Assembly: GCA_038213805.1 (NCBI GenBank)
Contig: JBBQSO010000002.1
Coordinates: forward strand, 32,001 to 96,000
Direction: 5' to 3'
Origin: Planctomycetota bacterium
GTDB taxonomy: Bacteria; Planctomycetota; UBA11346
Length of the DNA stretch: 64,000 bases
Shown here: positions 1 through 8,655 of the stretch, piece after piece
Position numbering within the stretch: position 1 is the first letter of the stretch
Layout of the letters: every line of letters begins with the position of its first letter
The notes under the pieces: model-generated
What the model was told of the DNA's origin: nothing
Database searches by the model: none
Seen by the model: the letters and a program-made list of their open reading frames with translations, nothing else
Translations under genes and position numbers: made by a program

Positions 1-144
1 AGCCATGAACAGCACATAGAACGTCCACGGCAGCGCTTTCCGGATACCGCGCGAGCGCGTCATGCCGACCACCCACAACCAAGTGAGCGGCAGGAGCGCG
101 AGGACAAAGATGAGCGGGACACCGAGCCCGAGTACGTAGTCCAT
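1..144 (-). CDS. Hypothetical membrane protein, N-terminal part (runs off the window edge)
   Basis: Minus-strand frame MDYVLGLGVPLIFVLALLPLTWLWVVGMTRSRGIRKALPWTFYVLFMA is open to position 1 with two hydrophobic segments; alternative ATG at 153. Confidence 0.55.
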   Translation of the reverse strand, partial: MDYVLGLGVPLIFVLALLPLTWLWVVGMTRSRGIRKALPWTFYVLFMA

Positions 145-395
145 GACGCGCATCGCACAGGCCTTCAACAGAGGTTTTCCGTTCCAGCATGACGGGGGTC
201 GTAGTGATCGTCTGCACCTGGAGACGGCGCAAACCGAAAAGCGGGTCGTGTCCTTGGCGCGGTGGCACGAACATGTCCGAGCTCGACTCGAGCGCCGGTC
301 CTGATCCGCCCGCCGACCGGGGGACGTCGATCCGAGAGTCCCGTGATGCGCGGCTCCCGCCTTCCCCTCGGCACAGCCGCTCCCATCATGGGCCC

Positions 396-1199
396 ATGCT
401 CGGCGCGATCCTCGGTGACATCATCGGTTCGGTCTACGAGGTGTCGCCGGTCAAGACCCGCGACTTCGCTCTGTTCACCGCGAATTCCGGATTCACCGAT
501 GACACCGTGCTGACCGTCGCGGTCGCCGACGCACTGATGAACGGCAGTGATCTGGTCGAAACCTTTCACGCCTACTTCGAGCGCTATCCGCGCGTCGGAT
601 GGGGACGGATCTTCGCGGCATGGGCAAAGGTGAAGGACCCTGATCCCTACAACTCCTGGGGCAACGGCGCCGCCATGCGCGTCAGCCCGGTGGCGTGGTT
701 CTGCCAGTCGCTGGACGAGGTCCTGGCGGTCGCGCAGCGCACCGCGGCAGTGACCCACAGCCACCCCGACGGCATCAGGTCGGCGCAGGCCGTGGCCGGT
801 GCCCTGTTCCTCGCCCGGACGGGTCGCAGCAAAGCGGAGATCCGTGCCTTCGCGGCGCGCACCGGCGGCTACGACCTCGACCGCACCCTGGCGGGCATCC
901 GGCCGACCTACAGCTTCCAGGTCGACGCGATCTCCTCCGTCCCCGAAGCGCTCATCGCCTTCCTCGAGGCGGATGGGGTCGAGGACGCGATCCGCAATGC
1001 GGTCAGCCTGGGCGGCGACGCCGACACCCAGGGCTGCATCGCCGGCGCCCTCGCAGAAGGCTTCCATGGCCCGGTGCCACAGGACCTCGCCCGCGAGGCG
1101 CTGTCCCGGCTGGACGACTTCCTGCGCGCACGGGTGATCGCGTTCTGCGCTCAGCATGTGCTACCGCGACAGCGGGGGGCGCCGCATGTCCCGGCCTGA
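396..1199 (+). CDS. ADP-ribosylglycohydrolase family protein (DraG/ARH-like)
   Basis: MLGAILGDIIG start, FTDDT, GNGAAMRVSP, THSHP and GGDADT motifs; start moved from 189 to ATG 396. Confidence 0.92.
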   Translation: MLGAILGDIIGSVYEVSPVKTRDFALFTANSGFTDDTVLTVAVADALMNGSDLVETFHAYFERYPRVGWGRIFAAWAKVKDPDPYNSWGNGAAMRVSPVAWFCQSLDEVLAVAQRTAAVTHSHPDGIRSAQAVAGALFLARTGRSKAEIRAFAARTGGYDLDRTLAGIRPTYSFQVDAISSVPEALIAFLEADGVEDAIRNAVSLGGDADTQGCIAGALAEGFHGPVPQDLAREALSRLDDFLRARVIAFCAQHVLPRQRGAPHVPA

Positions 1200-1686
1200 C
1201 CTCGCGACGCGTCGCCTCGAGGAACCCAGACGGAGGACCGCATCCATGATCGTCATCGTCATCGGCGCCGTGCTGCTGGTCATCGCCATCGCCCTGGGCG
1301 CGAGTTCGGCGCGCACCTTGTCACGCAGCGTCATCACCGTGGGCCACGTCACCAACCTGGTCTCCTCGCGGGGCAGCAAGGGCGGGACCGTCTACAAGAT
1401 CAATGCAACGTTCACCGACCAGCAGCAGCAGTCGCACACCTACCTCTCGTCCTTCTCGTCCTCATCGCCCGGCTACCGCGTCGGCGATCTGATCCGCATC
1501 TATTACGCCCCCGGCAATCCCGGTTCCTGCGGCATCGCCAGCTTTGGCTATTCGTTCGGTTTCGCGACCATTCTGGGCGCGACCGGACTGGCGGTTCTGC
1601 TGATGGGCGGCGCTTATCGGGTCGGTGACGACGTCATGGAGCGGTATTTCCCGGTGACCGCGGCGACGGCGGAACAATCCCGCTGA
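1186..1686 (+). CDS. DUF3592-like membrane protein
   Basis: TM helix, beta-rich soluble domain (GHV...GTVY...FTD...YRVGDLIRIYYAPGNP), second TM helix; start uncertain (1186 or about 1246). Confidence 0.65.
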   Translation: MSRPDLATRRLEEPRRRTASMIVIVIGAVLLVIAIALGASSARTLSRSVITVGHVTNLVSSRGSKGGTVYKINATFTDQQQQSHTYLSSFSSSSPGYRVGDLIRIYYAPGNPGSCGIASFGYSFGFATILGATGLAVLLMGGAYRVGDDVMERYFPVTAATAEQSR

Positions 1687-1704
1687 CACGGGTCGCCGAC
1701 TGGC

Positions 1705-2262
1705 TCAGGCCGCGTGCAGGATGCCCTCGCGGATGATCCGCTCCACCGCCTGCACATCGTCCAGGCCGATGAAGCCGATGCGGCGCATGGCGCCGCGACC
1801 CTGGTAGCGCTCCTCGAAGACCAGGTCGCCGGCGCCGCTTGCGCCGACGGTCTTGCGCATGCGCTGCAGCGTCGCGGCAGGATAGGACGAGATCTCGGCG
1901 CGCAGCACCCGCCACGCGATGCAGATCGCGCGCTGGTCGGTGACGACGTAGGCTGAACGCAACGCCGCGCGGCGGATCCACAACGGCGACGTGAACATGC
2001 CGATGCCGATCAGCACAAAGGGCAGGCCGAAGAGCGGGAAGAGGCTGAAAGGCCAGGGCGCGCCATGCTGGGTGGCGCCGGCGGCGGTGTACATCCAGAA
2101 GATCGCGAAGGCGGTCCACGGGATCGCGAAGAGCACCGGCACCACCCCCAGCATCATGGCGCGCCGCACGCTGGGACGACCGACCCACAGGATGCGCTCG
2201 CCGGGACGGACCTCGCGCTCGACGAGATCACGGGTCGCATGCGGCAGATCGGGGAGGTCCAT
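1705..2262 (-). CDS. Membrane protein with bacterial PH-like C-terminal domain
   Basis: GERILWVGRP, two TM helices, then YVVTDQRAI...GAGDLVF pattern; alternative start 2274. Confidence 0.65.
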   Translation of the reverse strand: MDLPDLPHATRDLVEREVRPGERILWVGRPSVRRAMMLGVVPVLFAIPWTAFAIFWMYTAAGATQHGAPWPFSLFPLFGLPFVLIGIGMFTSPLWIRRAALRSAYVVTDQRAICIAWRVLRAEISSYPAATLQRMRKTVGASGAGDLVFEERYQGRGAMRRIGFIGLDDVQAVERIIREGILHAA

Positions 2263-2557
2263 GCGCCTCGTCATACGGAGGAATGCAGCGGGGTGAAGGA
2301 GGACCGCTGCGGTGGTAGGATTGTTGGTACATGGCTCCGCACAGCGCTGCATCTTCCGATCTTCACAGCCTGAGCGCGCTATGCACGCATGCGGCCCAGT
2401 GGGCCGCGGTCCCAATCCTCACACCTCGTTCCACCACAGTCATCCGCTCGCCACCCGAAGCTCCAGCCGATGGTCGCGTCTCGCGCCTCATATACTCTTC
2501 CCTCCCTACCCCTCAATCCGTCTCACCGCCGCCGGATGGAGCGACCCCGCCAGCCCA

Positions 2558-2594
2558 CCGGCAATGGACGCAGCGCCCATTGCCGGGCTAGAGT
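2558..2594 (+). promoter_or_regulatory. Candidate operator (inverted repeat) plus -10 element upstream of nagB
   Basis: CCGGCAATGG-N9-CCATTGCCGG (2558-2586); TAGAGT (2589-2594) lies 6 nt before the ATG. Confidence 0.45.
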
Positions 2595-2600
2595 GATGCC

Positions 2601-4490
2601 ATGACCGCGACCCCGGGAACCACGCGCCTCATCTCCGCCGGCAGCGGCCCCGTCCGCCTCGCGCTGCGCCTGAGCAGCGATGCGGATGCCGCCGCCCGCC
2701 ACGTCGCCCAGCAGATCGCTGACACCATCCGCGCCTGCGCGCAGCGCCAGCGGCGCTGCGTGCTTGGTCTGCCGACCGGGCGCACGCCGCTGCCGTTCTA
2801 CCGCCATCTGGTCGATTGGCACCGCGCGGGGCAGCTGTCGTTCGCGCACGTGACGGTGTTCAATCTCGACGAATACCATCCGCTGCCGCGCTCCTCGCCG
2901 CAGAGCTACTGGACCTTCATGCATGAGGCGCTGTTCGCGCACGTCGACATCGCCGCCGACCAGGTCAACCTGCCGCGCGGCGACCTGCCCGAGGCGGAGA
3001 TGGCCGAGCACGCCGCGGCCTACGAGCGCGCCATCGCCGCGGCGGGCGGCCTCGACCTGGTGGTGCTGGGCATCGGCGGCAACGGTCACATCGCCTTCAA
3101 CGAACCGGGCGCGCCGGCCAGCGGCCGTACCCGCCTGGTGCGTCTGGCACCGGGCACGCGCCGCGCCGCGGCCGCAGACTTCGGAGGCGAGGAGCTGGTC
3201 CCCGCCAACGGCGTCACCATGGGCATCGCCACCATCCTCGCCGCGCAGCGCGTGCTGCTGCTCGCCACCGGCTCGGCCAAGGCCGTCGCCGTCGCTGCCG
3301 CGGTCGAAGGGCCGGTCGACACCATCTGCCCGGCGAGTTTCCTGCAGACCCATCGCGACGCCGAGGTGGTGTGCGATCCCGCTGCCGCTGCGCGCCTGGT
3401 CGCGCTGCGCAAACCGTGGCTGGCGGGACCGGTGGCCTGGGACGGCCAGCGCGCCCTGGCCGCCGCCATCGACGCGGCCGAGGCGGCGCGCAAACCGCTG
3501 CTTGGTCTGAGCGCGGAAGACTACCAGGCGCGCGCGCTCGGCGAACTGCTGGACGGCCATGGCCCGGCCGACCGCCTCAACCTCGAGGCCTTCCGCACCC
3601 TGCAGGGGCGCGTCACCGGCTGGCCGGGCGGCAAGCCCGCTGAGCGCCGCCGTCCCGGCGACATCCCGCAGCCCGACGATGGCATCCATCCCAAGACCGT
3701 GTTGGTGTTCAGCCCGCACCCGGACGACGACGTCATCGGCATGGGCGGCACCATCGCGCGCCTGGTCGAGCATGGCCATCATGTGCACATCGCCTACCAG
3801 ACCCCCGGCCACCGCGCGGTGCACGATGCCGACCTGCGCCGCCACCTGGCCTTCGTGGCGGGCGCCGCGCGCATCCTCGGCACGGCGCCGGGCGAGCCGA
3901 CGGCCGAGCACACCGCCTGCCTGAAAGCGCTGGTGCGCCGCACCGAGGCGCAGGCCGGCGCGGCGGTGGTTGGCGTGCCGGCCGAGCGCCTGCACTTCCT
4001 CGACAGTCCGCTCTACGCGCGCCGCAGCATCGGCGACGACGACCTCGCGGTGCATCAGCAGCTGCTCGACCGGCTGCGCCCGCACCAGATTTATGCGGCC
4101 GGCGACCTCGCCGACCCCAACGGTACGCACCGCCGCTGCCTGATCGCGCTGCGCGCCGCCTTGCGCGCGTGCGCCGGCGCGCCGTGGTGGGCGACCAGCA
4201 GCTGCTGGCTGTACCGCAGCGTCTGGGACGAATACGAACTCGACCAGGTCGACCGTCTGGTGCCGCTGTCGCCCGGCGACGTGCTGCGCAAGCGCCGCGC
4301 CGTGCTCGCCCACCAGTCGCAGCGCGACGGCGCACTGTTCCCCGGCGAGGACGCGCGCGAGTTCTGGCAGCGCGCCGAGGAGCGCAACGCCGGCCTGGCT
4401 GCCCGCCTCGACCGCCTCGGCCTGGCCCAGTACGCCGCGCTCGAGGCCTTCGTGCGCTGGCAGCCGCTGGAGGACGCGTGGCTGGCGTGA
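2601..4490 (+). CDS. nagB: Long-form glucosamine-6-phosphate deaminase fused to a C-terminal PIG-L/LmbE deacetylase-like domain
   Basis: LGLPTGRTP, FNLDEY and GIGGNGHIAFNEPG (NagB); FSPHPDDDVIGMGGT, AAGDLADPNGTH and HQSQRD (LmbE-like). Confidence 0.92.
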   Translation: MTATPGTTRLISAGSGPVRLALRLSSDADAAARHVAQQIADTIRACAQRQRRCVLGLPTGRTPLPFYRHLVDWHRAGQLSFAHVTVFNLDEYHPLPRSSPQSYWTFMHEALFAHVDIAADQVNLPRGDLPEAEMAEHAAAYERAIAAAGGLDLVVLGIGGNGHIAFNEPGAPASGRTRLVRLAPGTRRAAAADFGGEELVPANGVTMGIATILAAQRVLLLATGSAKAVAVAAAVEGPVDTICPASFLQTHRDAEVVCDPAAAARLVALRKPWLAGPVAWDGQRALAAAIDAAEAARKPLLGLSAEDYQARALGELLDGHGPADRLNLEAFRTLQGRVTGWPGGKPAERRRPGDIPQPDDGIHPKTVLVFSPHPDDDVIGMGGTIARLVEHGHHVHIAYQTPGHRAVHDADLRRHLAFVAGAARILGTAPGEPTAEHTACLKALVRRTEAQAGAAVVGVPAERLHFLDSPLYARRSIGDDDLAVHQQLLDRLRPHQIYAAGDLADPNGTHRRCLIALRAALRACAGAPWWATSSCWLYRSVWDEYELDQVDRLVPLSPGDVLRKRRAVLAHQSQRDGALFPGEDAREFWQRAEERNAGLAARLDRLGLAQYAALEAFVRWQPLEDAWLA

Positions 4491-4497
4491 GCGCGTC

Positions 4498-5298
4498 GTG
4501 AGCAGCACGGTGGCGGTGATCCTGGCGCGCGGCTTGGGCACGCGCATGCGCGCGCCCGGCGCCGCGCTCGATGCGCGCGCGGCCGCAATCGCCGACACCG
4601 GCGTCAAGGCGTTGATCCCGATCGGCCGGCCATTCCTCGACCACGTGCTGCACGACCTCGCCGAGGCCGGCGTGCGCGAGGCCGTGCTGGTGATCGGACC
4701 AGAGCACCACGATCTGCGCGCCTACTACAGTGCGCTGCCAACCACGCGCCTGCGCGTGACCTTCGCCGTCCAGCAGCAGCCGCGCGGGACGGCCGACGCG
4801 GTGCTGGCCGCAGAGGACGCGGTCGCCGGCCGCCCGTTCCTGGTGCTCAACAGCGACAACCTCTATCCGGCCGCGGCGCTGCGCCCACTCGCCGCGCTTG
4901 ACGGCCCCGGCCTGGTCGGCTTCCGGCGCTCCGGCCTGCTCGCCGGCAACATCCCGGCCGAGCGCATCGCGCGCTTCGCCGCGCTCAACACCGCCGCGGA
5001 CGGCACGCTCGCGCGCCTCGTCGAGAAGCCCGACCCCGCCGAACTCGCCGCCCTTGGCGCCGATCCGCTGCTGAGCATGAACTGCTGGGCCTTCGACGCG
5101 CGCATCTTCACCGCCTGCGCCGCCACCCCGCCCAGTCCGCGCGGTGAGCTCGAACTGCCCGACGCGGTGCTGCGCTCCATGGCTTCCGGCGTCAGCTACC
5201 GCGTCATCGAACGCGGCGAGGCGGTGCTCGACCTGTCGAGCCGCGACGACATCGCCGCGGTGCGCGCGGCCCTTGCGGGGCACGACGTCCGGCTGTGA
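4498..5298 (+). CDS. Sugar-1-phosphate nucleotidyltransferase (NTP_transferase family)
   Basis: ILARGLGTRMR, KALIPIGRPFL, PRGTADAV, NSDN, VEKP and SPRGELEL motifs (RmlA/GalU-like); GTG start. Confidence 0.85.
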   Translation: MSSTVAVILARGLGTRMRAPGAALDARAAAIADTGVKALIPIGRPFLDHVLHDLAEAGVREAVLVIGPEHHDLRAYYSALPTTRLRVTFAVQQQPRGTADAVLAAEDAVAGRPFLVLNSDNLYPAAALRPLAALDGPGLVGFRRSGLLAGNIPAERIARFAALNTAADGTLARLVEKPDPAELAALGADPLLSMNCWAFDARIFTACAATPPSPRGELELPDAVLRSMASGVSYRVIERGEAVLDLSSRDDIAAVRAALAGHDVRL

Positions 5299-5299
5299 A

Positions 5300-5772
5300 G
5301 CGCCAACGGCGCGCCTGATCCCAACCCAGGGCAATTCCCTACTCGTTACCCACAAGTCGTAGCACTCGGGCACTGCCTCTCTTGTCAGCCCAGTCCTGTC
5401 CGCAGCCCGCGGAGTGGGCGACACATCGTAGCCCAGGGCGTGAGCCCTGGGAACCTCGGTTAGAGAGGAGGATCGGAGCCCGCGGAGCGGGCAGCACAGG
5501 TCCTGCCACATCGAAATGCGGTGAATGCCGGGCGAGTCGTGATGATCCACGGACATCCCCAGATCGGATCCCAATGGTCGTGCATTACCGCTGAGTCTGC
5601 TGTGTCGCCCACTCCGTGGGCTGGCCCGCAGATACTCCGCGCGACCCAGAGCTGGGGCCCTGGGCTACGATGTGTCGCCCGCTCCGCGGGCTCTGAATGC
5701 CTGCGATCCGACTGATTTGCGAGCAATGAGTAGGGCGTTGCCCTGGGCTAGGATGGGTCGCGCCGTTGGTGC
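5300..5772. repeat. Triple-nested inverted-repeat (REP/REPIN- or MITE-like) element
   Basis: Outer arms about 5300-5347/5725-5772, middle arms 5404-5439/5657-5692 (1 mismatch in 36), inner arms 5477-5498/5601-5622. Confidence 0.85.
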
Positions 5773-5788
5773 CCGTGATCGTGGAAGC

Positions 5789-6577
5789 TCACTCCCCGGT
5801 CGCGCTGCGCGCCTTGCTCGGCGGCGCCCCGTGAGCGCGCTTCCACGCCCGCGCGAAGGTGTCGGCGCTGGGGAAACCGCAGCGCTCCGCGACGGTGGCG
5901 ACGCTCAGCCCGTTCTTGAGCAGGCCCTCGGCCAGCCACAGGCGCGCGGTGGCGATGGCGCCCTTGGGCGGCACGCCGTAGCCCTCAGCGAAGATGCGGT
6001 AGGCCTGCGCACGCGACAGGCCGCTGGCGCGCACCAGGTCCTCGACCGCGACGCCGCGGTGCAGGTTGGACCACAGCCGCGCGATCATGCGCTGCAGCGC
6101 GGGATTGGCGAAGGGCAGGTCGTCGACGGACTCGCCGAGCACCTGGCGCACCAGTTCGATGAAGCCGCTGCGCCGGCTGGCGTCGTCGGGTGCGGCGAGC
6201 GCGGATTCCATCAGGCGGCGGCTGGGTTGGCTGGGCAGGCGGCCGCGCCACTCGCGGTCCTGGTCGCCGATCAGGACGTCGCTGCAGGTCGGCAGGAAGC
6301 CCTGGCCGAACCAGATGCTGCCACGGCGCAGGGACTCGTGGCGATGCCAGATGCCCGGGCCGATGAGCAGCCCCTGACCGGGCTGAAGATCCATGGTGCG
6401 CCCGGGCGAGACGATGCGCACCACCCCTTCGAGGCACACCACCGAGGTCGGCGTGGCGTGCAGGTGCCCGTCGCCGGTCAGCGGCGGCGGCGGGCCGTCC
6501 TGCCACACCTCGACCCGCGACAACTTCCCGGGAAGGTCGTCGATGAGCCTCCACCAGTGCCTGAAGGTCGGGTCCAT
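5789..6577 (-). CDS. AraC family transcriptional regulator with N-terminal cupin domain
   Basis: HLH...E...WHRH cupin residues; C-terminal double HTH ending VATVAERCGFPSADTFARAWKRAHGAPP; divergent from the kinase gene. Confidence 0.9.
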   Translation of the reverse strand: MDPTFRHWWRLIDDLPGKLSRVEVWQDGPPPPLTGDGHLHATPTSVVCLEGVVRIVSPGRTMDLQPGQGLLIGPGIWHRHESLRRGSIWFGQGFLPTCSDVLIGDQDREWRGRLPSQPSRRLMESALAAPDDASRRSGFIELVRQVLGESVDDLPFANPALQRMIARLWSNLHRGVAVEDLVRASGLSRAQAYRIFAEGYGVPPKGAIATARLWLAEGLLKNGLSVATVAERCGFPSADTFARAWKRAHGAPPSKARSATGE

Positions 6578-6715
6578 GGTAACCTGCAATATGTCTCATA
6601 CATGCCGGACTTACAACCGTTGATATCCAGCCTCGGCCGGGAAGACGCTGTGCGAGCGCCGTAGAACCTCCCGCATGCGACTCCCGACCACGCCTCCATC
6701 CCGCTCCCGCCAGCC

Positions 6716-8014
6716 ATGATCGCCACCGCCACCGATCTCGCGCTGGTGCGCCCGCTCGGCCTGAGCGATGAGCGCGCAGGCCAGGCCGCCGCGCTGTTCG
6801 TCCAGGCGCGCCACCAACTCGGTGCCGAACCGGCCTGGGTGTGGTGGGTGCCCGGCCGCATCGAGGTGCTGGGCAAGCACACCGACTACGCCGGCGGCCA
6901 GGTGCTGAACTGCGCCGCGGACGTCGGCCTGCTGGTGGTCGCGCGACCGCGCAGCGACGCCGTGGTGCGCGTGCGCAGTCAGGGCCACGAGGTCGCCATC
7001 CCGTTGGTCGCCGGTGCCCAGGGCGCCCCGGGCATGGCCACCTATGTTGCCGCGGTGGCGCGGCGCTTGGCCCGCCACTTCCCAGGCGTGGAGCGCGGCG
7101 TGGACATCGGCATCGCCGCCAACCTGCCGGCGGCCTCGGGCATGAGCTCATCCTCGGCGCTGGTCATCGCCGTGCACCTCGGGGTGGCCGCGGCCAACCT
7201 CCTTGAGTCGCGCGCGGACTTCTGCGCCGCGCTGGGCCGCGACCACGAACTGGTCCCCTACCTGGGCTGCCACGAGAGCGGCGCTGGCTGCGCCGGCTTC
7301 CCAGGCGAAGCCGGGGTCGGCACCAGCGGTGGCTCGCAGGACCATGCCGCCATCCTGCTGTCGCGCGCCGGCCGGCTGAACCAGTGGTCGTTCGCGCCCT
7401 TCCACCGCCTGGGCACGGTGGCCTGGCCCGCACATCTGGAGCTGGCCGTCGCGGTCAGCGGCGTTCTGGCCGAGAAGAGCGCCGCCGCGCGCACCGCCTT
7501 CAACGAGGTCGCCGGGCGCGCGCGCGCCGCGGCCGCCGCGTGGAATGCCGTCACGGGGCGCAGCGACGCCTCGCTGGGCGCGGCCTTCCTGGCCTGCGGC
7601 GCACCAGCGGTGCTGGCGGCGATCGCCGACCCCGACCTGCGCCAGCGCGCCGAACAGGTCGCCATCGAAACCATCGAGATCGTGCCTGGTGCCATCGCCG
7701 CGCTCGCTGCTGGCGACGCCGCGGCGTTCGGCGCGCTCGCGGCGCGCTCGCAGGCCATGGCGGTCACCCACCTGCGCAACCAGATCGCGGAAACGCGGGC
7801 CCTGGCCGATGGCGCGGCGGCGCACGGGGCGCTGGCGGCCTCCGCCTTCGGCGCCGGCTTCGGCGGTGCAGTGTGGGCCGCGTTCCCGCGCGGCAGCGAC
7901 GGCGCGACCGCGTGGCTGGCCGAGTACCGCCGGCGCTTCCCGCAGCACGCCGCGGTCGCGGCGCTGCAGCGCATCGCACCCGGACCGGGCGTCACCGCCC
8001 TGGAGCCGGCATGA
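6716..8014 (+). CDS. GHMP-family sugar kinase (galactokinase-like, atypical sugar motif)
   Basis: PGRIEVLGKHTDY, PAASGMSSSSA, GGSQDH and GAGFGG motifs. Confidence 0.85.
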   Translation: MIATATDLALVRPLGLSDERAGQAAALFVQARHQLGAEPAWVWWVPGRIEVLGKHTDYAGGQVLNCAADVGLLVVARPRSDAVVRVRSQGHEVAIPLVAGAQGAPGMATYVAAVARRLARHFPGVERGVDIGIAANLPAASGMSSSSALVIAVHLGVAAANLLESRADFCAALGRDHELVPYLGCHESGAGCAGFPGEAGVGTSGGSQDHAAILLSRAGRLNQWSFAPFHRLGTVAWPAHLELAVAVSGVLAEKSAAARTAFNEVAGRARAAAAAWNAVTGRSDASLGAAFLACGAPAVLAAIADPDLRQRAEQVAIETIEIVPGAIAALAAGDAAAFGALAARSQAMAVTHLRNQIAETRALADGAAAHGALAASAFGAGFGGAVWAAFPRGSDGATAWLAEYRRRFPQHAAVAALQRIAPGPGVTALEPA

Positions 8015-8655
8015 GTGGCCGTGGCGCGCCCACACTCGACCTGCCGCTGCGGCGCCGGCCCGGCCCGCGCGGCGCCACGCGGGTGCGCCTGCGTGCGCTG
8101 CCCGGCGCGCGCGCCGCCCCGGAGACCAGCGTGGCGCTGCAGGCCGATGCTGCAGGGCTGACGCTGCGCTTCGCCTGCCGCGCGCGGGTGCTCACCGCGC
8201 GCATGGTCAATGACGGCGATCCGCTCTATCTTGAGGACGTCGTCGAGGTCTTCCTGTGGCCGGGCGGCGATCCCGCAGTGTATTTGGAATATGAGGTCTC
8301 ACCGCTCGGTCGCGACCTGTGCCTGTTGTGCTGCCAGCAGGGCGGACGGCGCAGCGCCTGGCGGCCGTGGGGCGTGGCGGCGGCGGCCAAGCCGAGCTGC
8401 CAGGTCACCGTCCGCGGCGGCGCGCAGCACCACGGCGCGGCGGTGCGCGGCTGGGACGCCGAATTGCGCATCCCCTTCGCCGCGCTCGCCGGCATCGCGC
8501 CAACGCCGGTGCCCGGCACGCGCTGGCGCGCCAACTTCTACCGCATCGACCATGCCAGCGGTGGCCCGCGCCACCTCGCGTGGTCGCCGCCGCCACATCC
8601 CGACTTCCATCATCTCGACTCCTTCGCTACCATCGTCTTTACGGAGCAGCCATGA
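8011..8655 (+). CDS. Carbohydrate-binding family 9-like protein
   Basis: LYLEDVVEVFL, YLEYEVSPLG, WDAELRIPF, WRANFYRID and WSP...DFH motifs; ATGA overlap with the upstream gene. Confidence 0.8.
   Translation: MSGRGAPTLDLPLRRRPGPRGATRVRLRALPGARAAPETSVALQADAAGLTLRFACRARVLTARMVNDGDPLYLEDVVEVFLWPGGDPAVYLEYEVSPLGRDLCLLCCQQGGRRSAWRPWGVAAAAKPSCQVTVRGGAQHHGAAVRGWDAELRIPFAALAGIAPTPVPGTRWRANFYRIDHASGGPRHLAWSPPPHPDFHHLDSFATIVFTEQP

Noticed and set aside
396..1199. ADP-ribosylglycohydrolase as part of a DraT/DraG or toxin-antitoxin system
   Set aside because: No ADP-ribosyltransferase, nif gene or toxin is adjacent within the window.
5300..5772. Possible CRISPR array
   Set aside because: Repeats are inverted and nested, not direct repeats with regular spacers, and no cas genes are present.
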